Below, in pieces: positions 39,987 through 51,526 of a stretch of DNA of 64,000 nt (within the stretch, counting starts at the first letter, position 1; every line of letters begins with the position of its first letter). The notes below the pieces were generated by a model. It made no database searches. It was given only the letters and a program-made list of their open reading frames with translations, and was not told the origin of the DNA. A program made the position numbers and the translations under genes. The stretch spans positions 65,100,001-65,164,000 of the forward strand of contig CM097886.1 in the NCBI GenBank assembly GCA_044892525.1, read 5' to 3'. This DNA is from Schmidtea polychroa (Eukaryota).

Positions 39987-42094
39987 GGTGAGGTGTTTTT
40001 AGCTGAGAATTAAATATTTTAATGATTTATTAAGATAATTTTAAAAGATAAATAAATGACTATTTAAAATAATTTTTAAAAATATTTTTAAATTTTTAAA
40101 TTAAAAAATTAAAGAAGCTTTTTATTAGTAAATCATTTTTAAATAAATATATTTTAAATATCGAAATATTAATAAATAGTTTTTAAAATATTTTATTCAA
40201 CGCTGAAAAATTATTTGGAAATAATACAATATTTCATTAAATAAATACTTGGAATTATGGCGTTAACTTTTAAACCGGATTTAAAAAATAATTTAGAAGA
40301 TGTGTTAGCAACTTCTAATAGGCATAATGAAAATGCCACAAAAATTTCTTAGTTAATACTTTCGTGGACAATTTACAGACATTAAAAATTGTATTCATAT
40401 TATCCTTTCTCACATGGTGACAAACCTTTTATTGAAACAAATCTTAGTAGATGGTTTTTGTCACTATAAATACCAAAGCCCCTAAGAAAATAGCACATTA
40501 GAAACAATTTAATGTAATAATCAGCACAATAACAGTGTCTAATTGTGATTCTTGTAGACTTTTCATAGAGACTGTCAGCGAAAATGTAATATTACCAACC
40601 TTATTTAACTGAAAATAAAATATTAAAAAAATAAAAAGTACGGATTAAATAAAGAACTACGTGTTAAATGCAAATATCCCTCCAATGCATAACTGTATAC
40701 TTGCTGTATACTACCTCTGTATTAAATAACGAAAAGTCATTTGCCGTTCAAATAATAATTATAAAGAAAGTGAATGAGTTTGCTTCAGAATAAGAAAAAA
40801 GAATTCAAAACCAAATTTATTTTTATGAAAATTATGGAACCCAAAATTTTAGATTATTTAAAAAAATATTATCATAAAAGTTAAAAAAATAATGTTAAAA
40901 GATAACAATATATAAAAAGCAAAGAAAATTTATGTGAACCTTTTATTTAAAATCGATTTAATATTTCATTTAAATTAGTACGCATTTCACATATTTTGCA
41001 AATTATATTTAGAGGCATTAGATTTCAATATGATAATAATATTTTTAGTTTTAATTATATCATAGCATCACATAACATCTAATCAGTGTATTGATAAGGT
41101 GTGGTGAATGTAAAGTAATGATAATTATTTTAATAGAAATAGTTTGATAACTAAGACTTAGGAAATATAAGTTATTTCTGTCAACAAAAATATATCTAAT
41201 ATATTTTGAATAATAACACTGAATGAAACTAAATTAAATATTGTTTAAAAAAATCAACGCATAAAACACAGCTTTTAAGAATAAATCCTTGATATGCAAA
41301 ATCTTACGGTGTCAAATTATTTCACATTTTTTTTTTCAAAATGTCAAAAAGACGTTAAAATTTCAAGTTTTAGCGTTGTAAACGAAACTTCAATATGTTT
41401 TTGTTTGTGTGTGTGTGTGTGTGTGTGTGGTACCAAAAGATAATGAAACGCATTGCCATCGACAGTGTATCTGTTCGCCAAGTTTCAGCTGCAATCGAGC
41501 GACTAGAAATGGGCTAATTAGCTTTCACAAGATTTGCCGACGAAGTTAATAAATGGGAGTTTAAAATGTTTTTTATCACATCAATGAAAATTAAAATTCC
41601 GTTGTAAGATTGTGTAAAATAGATTACATAAACTTTTAGAATTTGAATATATTTTCTGAAACGTAATAACAATTTCTAGAATATAAGGCAAATTTGAAAA
41701 TGGAGTACAAAACTTACATATTTTGAGAAAGTTTTGTGCTCAATAATAAATTTTGAAGTGAAGTTTTGCTTCATTAGTATTATATTAAAAAGTCATTTAT
41801 TATACTTATTTGAGATATCATATTGATATTTCAAATAATAGTACATGTACTTTATTTAGAAAAATCTAAATTTCTCTAATTCCATATTAAGTAGTGGTTT
41901 CCAATCTGGGAGGTACCGTAACATTTTAAAATTTTAATTCTCATACAAAAAATGTTAGATGAAATTTGAGTTGGGGAGACGTGACAAAAACAATTGAATA
42001 TGGGGAGGCGTAAGCCAAAAAATTTGAAATTCAGTGATATAAAATATATTCCGTATTTTCACATTATTAGACAAGCAGTGTAAGTCACCATTAA

Positions 42095-42329
42095 CCTCTT
42101 AAGTGACTATGACGGATAAATTAACTAAATTGACCTAAATTGACAAAATATGTTAAAAATATATCATAAATATTACTTTTGTTAACATATTATCTTAATA
42201 AATATCATCCAATAAGATATAATTTTATTTTTTGTTACACTATACCCAAGACGTATATATACGCTAGCGGATAACAAAATTCACCGCTGAGGAGCGCATT
42301 TCGTTTGATGAAATAAATCTCTTAAGAGA
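42095..42329. mobile_element. piggyBac-type MITE, copy B
   Basis: TTAA flanks; same family as 29289-29520. Confidence 0.85.
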
Positions 42330-44332
42330 TTAAGAAAACATTGCAACATTTTCGTAGTTTTCTCAAGAACTCAGGCTGGCGAAACATTCAAACATTTAGC
42401 ATTTGAGCTAAAAAATCTGGTTAGAATCAGAAATTTTTAATGTTTCAATGTTTTTTCAGTAGAATATAACAAAATTGATACAATATACATCATTATAGAA
42501 TAAAATTTAAATGTTGGTAAAAAGTGAGGCTACAAACAAATTGTGTACGAAAAATGGTTGAAACCACTGGTCAATAGTTAGAGATATTTACAAAAAATGT
42601 TAAAAGCTCAAGGGGTGGTAATTAAATTGTCCAATACTGTATAAATATGCTCATCTGATAGTAAATTAATGTTTTATTTCTAACTTTACTGATTTCATGC
42701 AGTCTAGTCACATTTTGTTGCCAGAATTAAACTGTCCAGGATTCAATTTATTGACTGATTAGAAATGGTGCTGAAAGGTTGAAAATTGATCAGAATTCAA
42801 CCCTAAAGATATATCTTTAACTATTTTAATAAAATCTAAAAATATCTCAAATTAATTCTGCTTCCAATTATCGATTATCAAGGCTTATCGACATCCAAAC
42901 AATCTGATTATTAATAATTAACCACAATGTGAAATAGATAAACATTTAATAAACTGTTACTATGTATTAAAAAAAATTTTTATTCAATCTCACAACTGTT
43001 GGATAAAAAGTTGATATTTTATTGTTCAATTATTTCATTGTTTAATAATGAATTATTATTCCAATTGAATAAATTTTATTACGTATTTTTGGCCAGTGAC
43101 TGAGAGAAAATAATATTAAATTCTATGAACAACCGGACCATTATTACATCCGAATATTTTCTTATTTTCAAGAGTCAAGAATTATAGAAACTGACTGATA
43201 ATAAAAATTAAGAAATGTTTATCACGTCCATTAAATTGTTGAAAATTGAAATAAATGCAGAAATATTTTAAAAACCTTCCCAAGAAAATTTAAATATTTT
43301 CTAACGGAAAGTCAAGAAGAGTCATCATAAAATGCTTTAGTGCATTTCTTTAGATATAACATCTGAAATATTTTATGGTTTTTACAAATTATAATATGAA
43401 ATTATGAAATTAAGATCAAAATGTAAGTGATCCTTGAACAATTAAATTTAATTCTGGTAACAGATTCCAATCTTCCTTAATTATCAACAGGGAGAACAGT
43501 AATCTGGTGAATTTAAAAAATCTACAAATTTAATTTACAATTTAATCACTTTTCTGTATGTAATGTAGAGAGTGACCGCGCTTTTTTGTTTTGTTAATGA
43601 TATTTCAAAAATACAATGTGGGGCAAAAAGATCTGACACATTTGAAATTTAAATAAAACCAAATTAAAATAAATAAATAAAAAGTATTATTTCCCAAATG
43701 TACATATGATGTCATTTTATTTCATTTTGGCTTACAGATAACATCAGTTAAATGTCCACACACTGTTGTAGACCTTCGTCAAAGTTGCCAAAAACTCGGT
43801 GGATCATTTCATGTGGAATAGGCTCAATTTCTAGACGAATTGCATCTTTCAATTGTTCAATAGATAGTGGGCGATAGATGTATACCTTTGATTTTAGGTA
43901 TCCCCAGAATAAAAATCACATGGATTCAAGTCAGGTGATCGGAAAGGCCAACCGAGGTCACCTCCGAATGAAATTAAATGATCGGGAACATTTCCCTCAA
44001 AATGTTCAGTGTCCAACAACACGAAATATAGTTTAGAATTGACGGTCACTGTGATATTATCTTCTTCAAAAAAATACGGACACAAAATAACAAATTCTGC
44101 TATTACACACCATACAGTTACATCTGGACTGTGTAAGGGGCGTTCGTGTAACTCATGAGGATTGTTTTGGGACCAATAACGGAATAATATTTTGTTATTA
44201 TTCAAACAACATAAAATAAGATGACATCATATGTACAGTTGATAAATAAAAACACTTATTTATTTAAATAATCAAAAAAACGTGGCAATGATTTAATAAT
44301 AGAGAAACGCCAACTCAATAAATTCAACATAA

Positions 44333-44373
44333 ACGCGATATATTTCAATTGTACAACAATCTTCGTCAGGCTG
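44333..44373 (-). ncRNA. Hammerhead ribozyme motif in the Penelope 3' UTR (left arm)
   Basis: CTGACGA-AGATTGTTGTACAATT-GAAA-TATATC; stem III palindrome ATATAT; stem I weak. Confidence 0.6.
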
Positions 44374-44689
44374 CAATCTGGATAATCAATAATAAGACAT
44401 AAAATATGCAATATCTAAACAAATTAACTAATAATAATCATCTCCAAACTGTATCAAAAATTTTAAAAAAAAATATTTTAAAAAAAAATATTTCAAAAAA
44501 AAAAAACATTTTAAAAAACCAAACCATATTTTACATAACCCACATACATATTATTTTAAAATTAAATTTTAATTTAATCACATTTAACATTCAACATAAA
44601 ATTAACAAATTTTAAAAAACAAATTACATAGTTTACAAAACACAAACATAATTATACCACAAACAAGACTCCCAACCTTCATCCTTCAA

Positions 44690-46612
44690 TTACTTAAACA
44701 CATTCAAAATCTCCGTGGAACGGGCAACTTGATCATTTATTTTTGGATTTAAATATCTAATCAACAATGCCTCACAAGTTACTCGTTCCCAATAATTACT
44801 TAAACCTTTTGAAATAATTTTAAAATCAGAGATACCTATTTTTTTACTGACACATTTCCTAACATGATTACTAATATTAGTCAATCCTTTTGGTCGACAG
44901 TGTTCAAGAACTCGGGTGCAGAGATGACGGGCAGTCTCTCCAATGTATATGGCATTACACCCATTACATGAAAATTGATACACAAGCTCAGAACACAAAC
45001 CAATTGGCGTTGGACATTTACTAGTAAACATACTGCTAACTTTGCAAGAAGTGGAAACAATCCTGAATTGATCCTTGTCTACATATTTGAGAATTTTATG
45101 TTTAAATTCTCTGAAACCCTCCGAATAAGGCAATACTAACACATATTTCGGCTCCATGCGATTGGATCGATTCTTGTCACTTTCCGAATTTAACATAGTA
45201 CTTTCCTCAGGATCAATAGGTACCTCAGATTCAGACGTACGCATACCAACGTTATCAGATTTAAACATTAACTTATCCACAGTCACTTTTGTCATTTTCT
45301 CAAGAAAAGATTTAGAGTAGCCATTTTTAAGTAACAACTCAACCAATACATCAATACTTTTTACTGAATTAGCAAACGTGGAGGATAGTGACCAAGCACG
45401 AAACACTAATCCTCTCACCATATTCCTTTTATATTTAAACTCACAAAAACTATCAGGCGTTGTATATAAACCAGTATCCGTCGACTTTCTATATATTTCA
45501 GTCTCATAATGTTTCGATTTGCGTTGAATGAGTAAATCTAAAAACGCAATCGATGACCCTTTTTCTTCCTCACATGTGAATTTAATATTCTTATGCAAAT
45601 CATTCATAAAATATAAAAACGGCATTACATGTTCACGACTCTCAAACACCAAAAAAATATCATCCACATACCGTTTGTACACACTAGGTTTAACAAGATG
45701 GCATGAAGACATTTTCTTTTCCAAACTAGACATAAAAATAGAAGCCATAGTTGGGGCTAATGGAGAACCCATAGCAACACCATCCACTTGTTTATACCAT
45801 TCATTATTAAACAAAAAGTTAACATTCGACGTTGAAAATTCAAGCAATTTGCGAAAAGCAATTTTATCCACATTCTTATGTTCAGACTCATTATTATTCC
45901 ACATTTCACAACATAAATCAATCGTTTCCGCCAATGGAACATTAGTAAAAAGACTACACACATCAAACGAAACCATCACTTCATCATCAGAACTTTTCTT
46001 CAGTGCAGCAATGAATGAAGCAAATTCAAAGCTATCCTTACATTCGAACTCAGACACCATTAACGGTTTTAATAACCCATCCAAAAATTTGGCAATTTTA
46101 TATTGAGCGGTTCCTACCATCGATAACACTGGTCTCATAGGCATACCTGCTTTATGTACTTTTGGAAGACCATAAAGCTTTGCGGGTTGAGATCCTTTCG
46201 GTTTTAGGAATTTCACCAAATCTATATCAATATTTTTATCATCCGACAATTTGTTTAACATTTTTATCAAAGTTAGTTCATCTTTCAGAGGAGGCAACTT
46301 CCCATTTTTTCGACAACTACCATCTTTAACAAACTGTGGAGATGACAAAACATCGTTCAATTTATTCACATACACATCATGGTCTAAGATAACCAAACCA
46401 TTACCTTTATCATATTTACAAACGTTAATATCTTTTTTAGCTAAATTCTTCAAGATCAAAAAATCTTTTATATCTTGTTTTTTATTTTTATTAATATAAT
46501 CAATCGTACTCACATTCAACAAATTCTTTACATAATTATTATCTATATTCTTATCAAACACGCACATATTGTAGTACAATCTTTCAATTTTAGCACACAG
46601 TTTAGTTTTGTC
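44690..46612 (-). CDS. Penelope-like reverse transcriptase plus GIY-YIG endonuclease (5'-truncated, no stops)
   Basis: LYGLPKVHK, FDVCSLFTNVP, GVAMGSPLAP, YVDDIF, FLDL, YRKST; LVYQFSCNGCNAIYIGET...RVLEH...EALLI...PKIN. The first ~23 residues of the track ORF (46613-46681) are antisense of the inverted arm. Confidence 0.93.
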   Translation of the reverse strand, partial: DKTKLCAKIERLYYNMCVFDKNIDNNYVKNLLNVSTIDYINKNKKQDIKDFLILKNLAKKDINVCKYDKGNGLVILDHDVYVNKLNDVLSSPQFVKDGSCRKNGKLPPLKDELTLIKMLNKLSDDKNIDIDLVKFLKPKGSQPAKLYGLPKVHKAGMPMRPVLSMVGTAQYKIAKFLDGLLKPLMVSEFECKDSFEFASFIAALKKSSDDEVMVSFDVCSLFTNVPLAETIDLCCEMWNNNESEHKNVDKIAFRKLLEFSTSNVNFLFNNEWYKQVDGVAMGSPLAPTMASIFMSSLEKKMSSCHLVKPSVYKRYVDDIFLVFESREHVMPFLYFMNDLHKNIKFTCEEEKGSSIAFLDLLIQRKSKHYETEIYRKSTDTGLYTTPDSFCEFKYKRNMVRGLVFRAWSLSSTFANSVKSIDVLVELLLKNGYSKSFLEKMTKVTVDKLMFKSDNVGMRTSESEVPIDPEESTMLNSESDKNRSNRMEPKYVLVLPYSEGFREFKHKILKYVDKDQFRIVSTSCKVSSMFTSKCPTPIGLCSELVYQFSCNGCNAIYIGETARHLCTRVLEHCRPKGLTNISNHVRKCVSKKIGISDFKIISKGLSNYWERVTCEALLIRYLNPKINDQVARSTEILNVFK

Positions 46613-47280
46613 AAAGTTAGCAGTATGTTTACTAGTAAATGTCCAACGCCAATTGGTTTGTGTTCTGAGCTTGTGTATCAATTTTCATGTAATGGGTGTA
46701 ATGCCATATACATTGGAGAGACTGCCCGTCATCTCTGCACCCGAGTTCTTGAACACTGTCGACCAAAAGGATTGACTAATATTAGTAATCATGTTAGGAA
46801 ATGTGTCAGTAAAAAAATAGGTATCTCTGATTTTAAAATTATTTCAAAAGGTTTAAGTAATTATTGGGAACGAGTAACTTGTGAGGCATTGTTGATTAGA
46901 TATTTAAATCCAAAAAAAATGATCAAGTTGCCCGTTCCACGGAGATTTTGAATGTGTTTAAGTAATTGAAGGATGAAGGTTGGGAGTCTTGTTTGTGGTA
47001 TAATTATGTTTGTGTTTTGTAAACTATGTAATTTGTTTTTTAAAATTTGTTAATTTTATGTTGAATGTTAAATGTGATTAAATTAAAATTTAATTTTAAA
47101 ATAATATGTATGTGGGTTATGTAAAATATGGTTTGGTTTTTTAAAATGTTTTTTTTTTTGAAATATTTTTTTTTAAAATATTTTTTTTTTAAATTTTTGA
47201 TACAGTTTGGAGATGATTATTATTAGTTAATTTGTTTAGATATTGCATATTTTATGTCTTATTATTGATTATCCAGATTG

Positions 47281-47321
47281 CAGCCTGACGAAGATTGTTG
47301 TACAATTGAAATATATCGCGT
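47281..47321 (+). ncRNA. Hammerhead ribozyme motif in the inverted Penelope arm
   Basis: Same motif; CTGACGA at 47285-47291, GAAA at 47308-47311. Confidence 0.6.
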
Positions 47322-50300
47322 TTATGTTGAATTTATTGAGTTGGCGTTTCTCACTTATTTATTTATTTATTTTAATTTGGTTTTATTTAAACTTTAAATG
47401 TGTCAGATCTTTTTGTCCCCACCCTGTATAAACTTAATTTAAATATTTCCGGTTTTCGTCAAATCTATAATGAAATGAGAATACAAATTGATGGATGTTA
47501 AAAAATGTCTACCATTGTTATTGAAAAGTCAGCTCACATAACCTATTAACTTTTTGAAATTAAAAAAAAATTTAAAAACCATTAATTTTTATTAAAAATA
47601 ATTCACAAATCAAATATTTTAGACATAGATTAACTTTAAATAAAATAAATAAAAACTTTTAAATAAATATCTATAGTAGCTAAAGTTTTTTTATGAACAA
47701 TTTTGTAAGTATAGACAAAAAGCAGCTAAAGGTTTTCACTTTTTCCTCGTTTTCAAAATGAATTTTCTCTAATTTCATGAAAATTTTCATGAAAATACAT
47801 TGACTGGTACTTGTATCAAAGAAATCTTTAATTTGATGTACATATTTCTCATAGTTGTTAACATATTGACTTATTTTTACACGTTAATATCGCGTTAAGT
47901 CGTTATTGGCAGTCAAATTATTAAATCAAGATTGTTTATCAAAATTCTTATCCAAACAATATCTTAAAGACAGAATACAAATTATTCATAACGTTGTCAG
48001 CATTAAAAATCCAGCTATCATATCACAGCCAAAAATACGTATATTTCTTCATTATCATCATTAATTATATCAATCAAATCATATTTTTGTTTAAGAGTAC
48101 ATTTTAGGCCCAATAGAACATTCCTTTGAAGTATTTTGTCTATTTATCCATTTTTATCTTTTATTAGTTCTTTGCCGTAACACGTTCATGACATTGTACA
48201 CGCACAATTTAATATGGTATTTTACTAAGTATAATATTAATTTAGTAAGTAGTTATAGTCCAATATAAAATGTACCACCGATTGCGCATGACCGGCAGAA
48301 AACAAATAGCTCATGTATTACAAGTGGTGCATAATATTCAAATTTCAAATTTCAAATAAAAGTAAATTTCGTGAACATGTTAAATAAAAACAAACACAAC
48401 TTGACTTAAATTTTTCTGATATACTAATAAATATTTTGTTACAATATAAAAGTGATCAAAAACCTGCTTCACAAAAAAAATTTTGAAAACTTTTATAATA
48501 ATTTATTTGCTCAAGCTATTAGGGATAAAACGGTAATTTTGTTTCCCATTGAATAAATTTTTATGATTATCAAGTGAATACATTTTATTATAATAAATCT
48601 TTCATAATCAGCTGAAGACTCAATATATTTACCAATTTGACTTAGTCTTATTATTGGTGCTTCATTCTTCTTTCTATCATTTTCCTTTCAAATCTTCATT
48701 AATTTTTAAATTGTTTTAATTCTTTCAGGTAAAATTCTAAGCATATTTTTCTGAATTATTTATTATATTGTAAATATATCTGCATCTAAAAATAGATATT
48801 TCTATTTGTTAAATAGATAAAATAAAACAAAACAGAAAGTAAACTCTTTTATCTGCTTTAGAACGAGATTTATGCAACTAATAAACTATAGCTGTATATA
48901 GTCTTTGTAGTTTGATTATTACGTCATTCTTTTTCCATGTATTCACTCTTACTTATAGTATTTACCACAATTATTTTTGATTTGCTATTTGTTACGCATA
49001 AAACGCATAACTATAGATCCTTTATGTCATTTTCTCAAACCATTATCAGTTATTTTTATGTATCGATTTCCCCCATCAAATTGTAAATCAAAACAAAATT
49101 TTCAATTGAAAAGTTTCTATCATTACTTCAACCACTCCTTCTAAACATTGATTATTTGCTTGGAGATTTGAATGTAATTAAATTGGTACCAACACATATA
49201 CCTCATGATGTATGTACTTATGTAATAATATTATAAGAACTTTTTTCAATTTTCACTTCTGATTTATTTTCAATTGACATGGTATTTATTAAAAAATTGA
49301 CTATCGATGTTTTCTTTTGATATTCACGAATTTTCGGCACAGCCTTTTCAAGTGATTTTTCAAATAATGTATTTATAATGTATTTCGTTTCTGTTCTAGC
49401 TGGTTATGGATTCTCTACATCTTGATACTTCACTAACCTTAGTGATAATAGGCGCATGATGAAAGTAATCGAAGTCTTTATTCATTGCTTTAATGGACAG
49501 ATAGTTTTTTCTTGAATGATTTCTATGTAATATATCCTACTTTACCTTTCTTTTCTTTTGAAGAATATACAAAACAAGTCGTTTTTCATTAATACTAAGG
49601 AAATAATGAAACAGGAAAATATTTATCAAAAAAAGCTAGAAAGAACTTAACTTCAAATAGTAATTATTGTTATACACTACTGATCATAAGTATTAGTGCA
49701 CCGTCAATTTATTTTAAAGGGATGATATATTTGGAGCATATAATTGAAATATACTAATTTCGAAAAGCTTATTGATAAAAACAAAAAAAATATAATCAAT
49801 TAATAGTGTAAAAGATTGTTAGATTGTATTTAAAATTTTATGTAAGGTTGTAAATCAAAAGATATCCATAAATTAAATTATTCAATTAAATAATTAGTAA
49901 TAACCATTTGAAGATGATGAAAAGGATTGGAGTTGAAAAAAGAAAATATTAAAAATTTATTCGATTTATCATTTGAAGAATTTTGCCATATTATGTATTT
50001 GTTTAAATATTAAAAGTGTTGTTCAGAAATTTTAAATAAAAAGAAAATTGGATTTCAAAAGCTGTAGAACATTGAAAAGCATGCTGATAAAGATAATTTT
50101 AATTCTAACACTACTATGCAATTTAGTAAAAATACTCAAGTTAAAGCAGCTAAAAAGGTAAATGAGCCATAATAAATCAATTCCAACAAGTTATATGACT
50201 CTGAAATTCAAAGAGCAATAAAATAGCTAATGTATTATGAACAGCGCTAATGTTTATTGTAATTTATTTTTCTTCTATTTATATAAAAAATATTGTAAAT

Positions 50301-50853
50301 TTCATGACCATGATAGAGAACTATAATTGTTCATCTCAGTCTTCAAGAGCCAATCATCCCTTCAGTTTCAAATAAACACATTTTAACCTCAAAACAGTTT
50401 ATCCAACTATCACAGGGTTGGCACCTATGGTGAAATGATTCAAAAGAAACAAAATTTAAAATTTTACAAAGTTGTCCTCTTTCGTTCAAGTTTTATTAAA
50501 AATACTATGAATTGGTTTGCTGACAAATAGTTTGAGATGTAATTTAAATCATAGCACAATGATCAGGGCATAGCTAAAATTAAGAGGAAGTTCTTAAAGT
50601 AATATCACGATAGATAAAAGTAAGCTATCAATTTAAACTTTTAGCTTTTAAAATACGACGAAGGCTAAAATCCGAAGGTATAAAGAGTCCTTTTCAATGA
50701 AGAAAGTCATAATTATCGTAAGGAAATTAAAAGAAATTCAATTTTGCTAAGAAATTTTATTAAATGAGAGTATATTTTAATCCTTTCGCTCAAAAATACA
50801 GAAGTTAGTCGAAAGTTTGAAAAAAATGAAAATTATCGGAAGCATAAATGTGA

Positions 50854-51061
50854 NNNNNNNNNNNNNNNNNNNNNNNNNNNNNNNNNNNNNNNNNNNNNNN
50901 NNNNNNNNNNNNNNNNNNNNNNNNNNNNNNNNNNNNNNNNNNNNNNNNNNNNNNNNNNNNNNNNNNNNNNNNNNNNNNNNNNNNNNNNNNNNNNNNNNNN
51001 NNNNNNNNNNNNNNNNNNNNNNNNNNNNNNNNNNNNNNNNNNNNNNNNNNNNNNNNNNNNN
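50854..51061. other. Assembly gap (N run)
   Basis: Ns. Confidence 1.
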
Positions 51062-51209
51062 GGTTAATTTATTGGATAATTTTATAAAAATTTATTTCTA
51101 TATGTGATAAACCAAAATCATATACAGTCAACTCAAAGCAAAATAAATAAGAAAGTTTGGAGTCATTTAAAAAAATCTTAAGTAAAATAATTTAGAAAAT
51201 TTTCTATAT

Positions 51210-51526
51210 CAGTGTTTCTCAAACGGTGTGCCGCGAGACTTTTTTTCTCAAAAAAGTTGGTATTAAAAAAATTTACAAAAACTATATCAAGTGGTTTGCT
51301 ATGAAAAATTCGCTTCTGTGGATCAAAATTAATAAAAATTATCTTTATTACCTTATAAAAAATCTCTCGTAATCATATTTAATTAGTATAGACTAAAAAG
51401 TAGCTTTTTTATATATCATTGGAAAGTCAAAAAATTTGTAAAAATATTTGATTTTTGGACAGGTGTGCCGCAAGCTTTTTTTAATTTTTTAGTGTGTCGC
51501 GAGCGAGAAAAGTCTGAGAAACACTG
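51210..51526. mobile_element. hAT (Charlie-like) MITE
   Basis: CAGTGTTTCTCA / TGAGAAACACTG termini; TSD TTCTATAT/CTCTATAT; subterminal GTGTGCCGC motifs. Confidence 0.88.

Larger units (their letters stand above)
44267..47352 (-). mobile_element. Young Penelope-like retroelement insertion with an inverted 3' segment at its truncated 5' end
   Basis: RT plus GIY-YIG ORF; ~740-bp inverted arms at 44302-45043 and 46613-47352; flanked by the duplication CACTTATTTATTTA (44253-44266 / 47352-47365). Confidence 0.92.
43614..47426 (-). mobile_element. Internally deleted mariner-like (DD37D/DD41D-type) element whose right TIR is split by a Penelope insertion
   Basis: TA TSDs; TIR CA..GTGGGG.CAAAAAGATCTGACACATTT at both ends; remnant PLHSP.VTVWC...PYFF...WPFRSPDLNPCDF (43894-44205). 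Confidence 0.85.

Noticed and set aside
45528-46499. Plus-strand ORFs within the Penelope element
   Set aside because: Antisense shadows of the RT frame.
49676-50420. Tc1-like terminus and faint transposase N-terminal traces (also ~54700-55070)
   Set aside because: No matching second TIR or catalytic motif could be confirmed.
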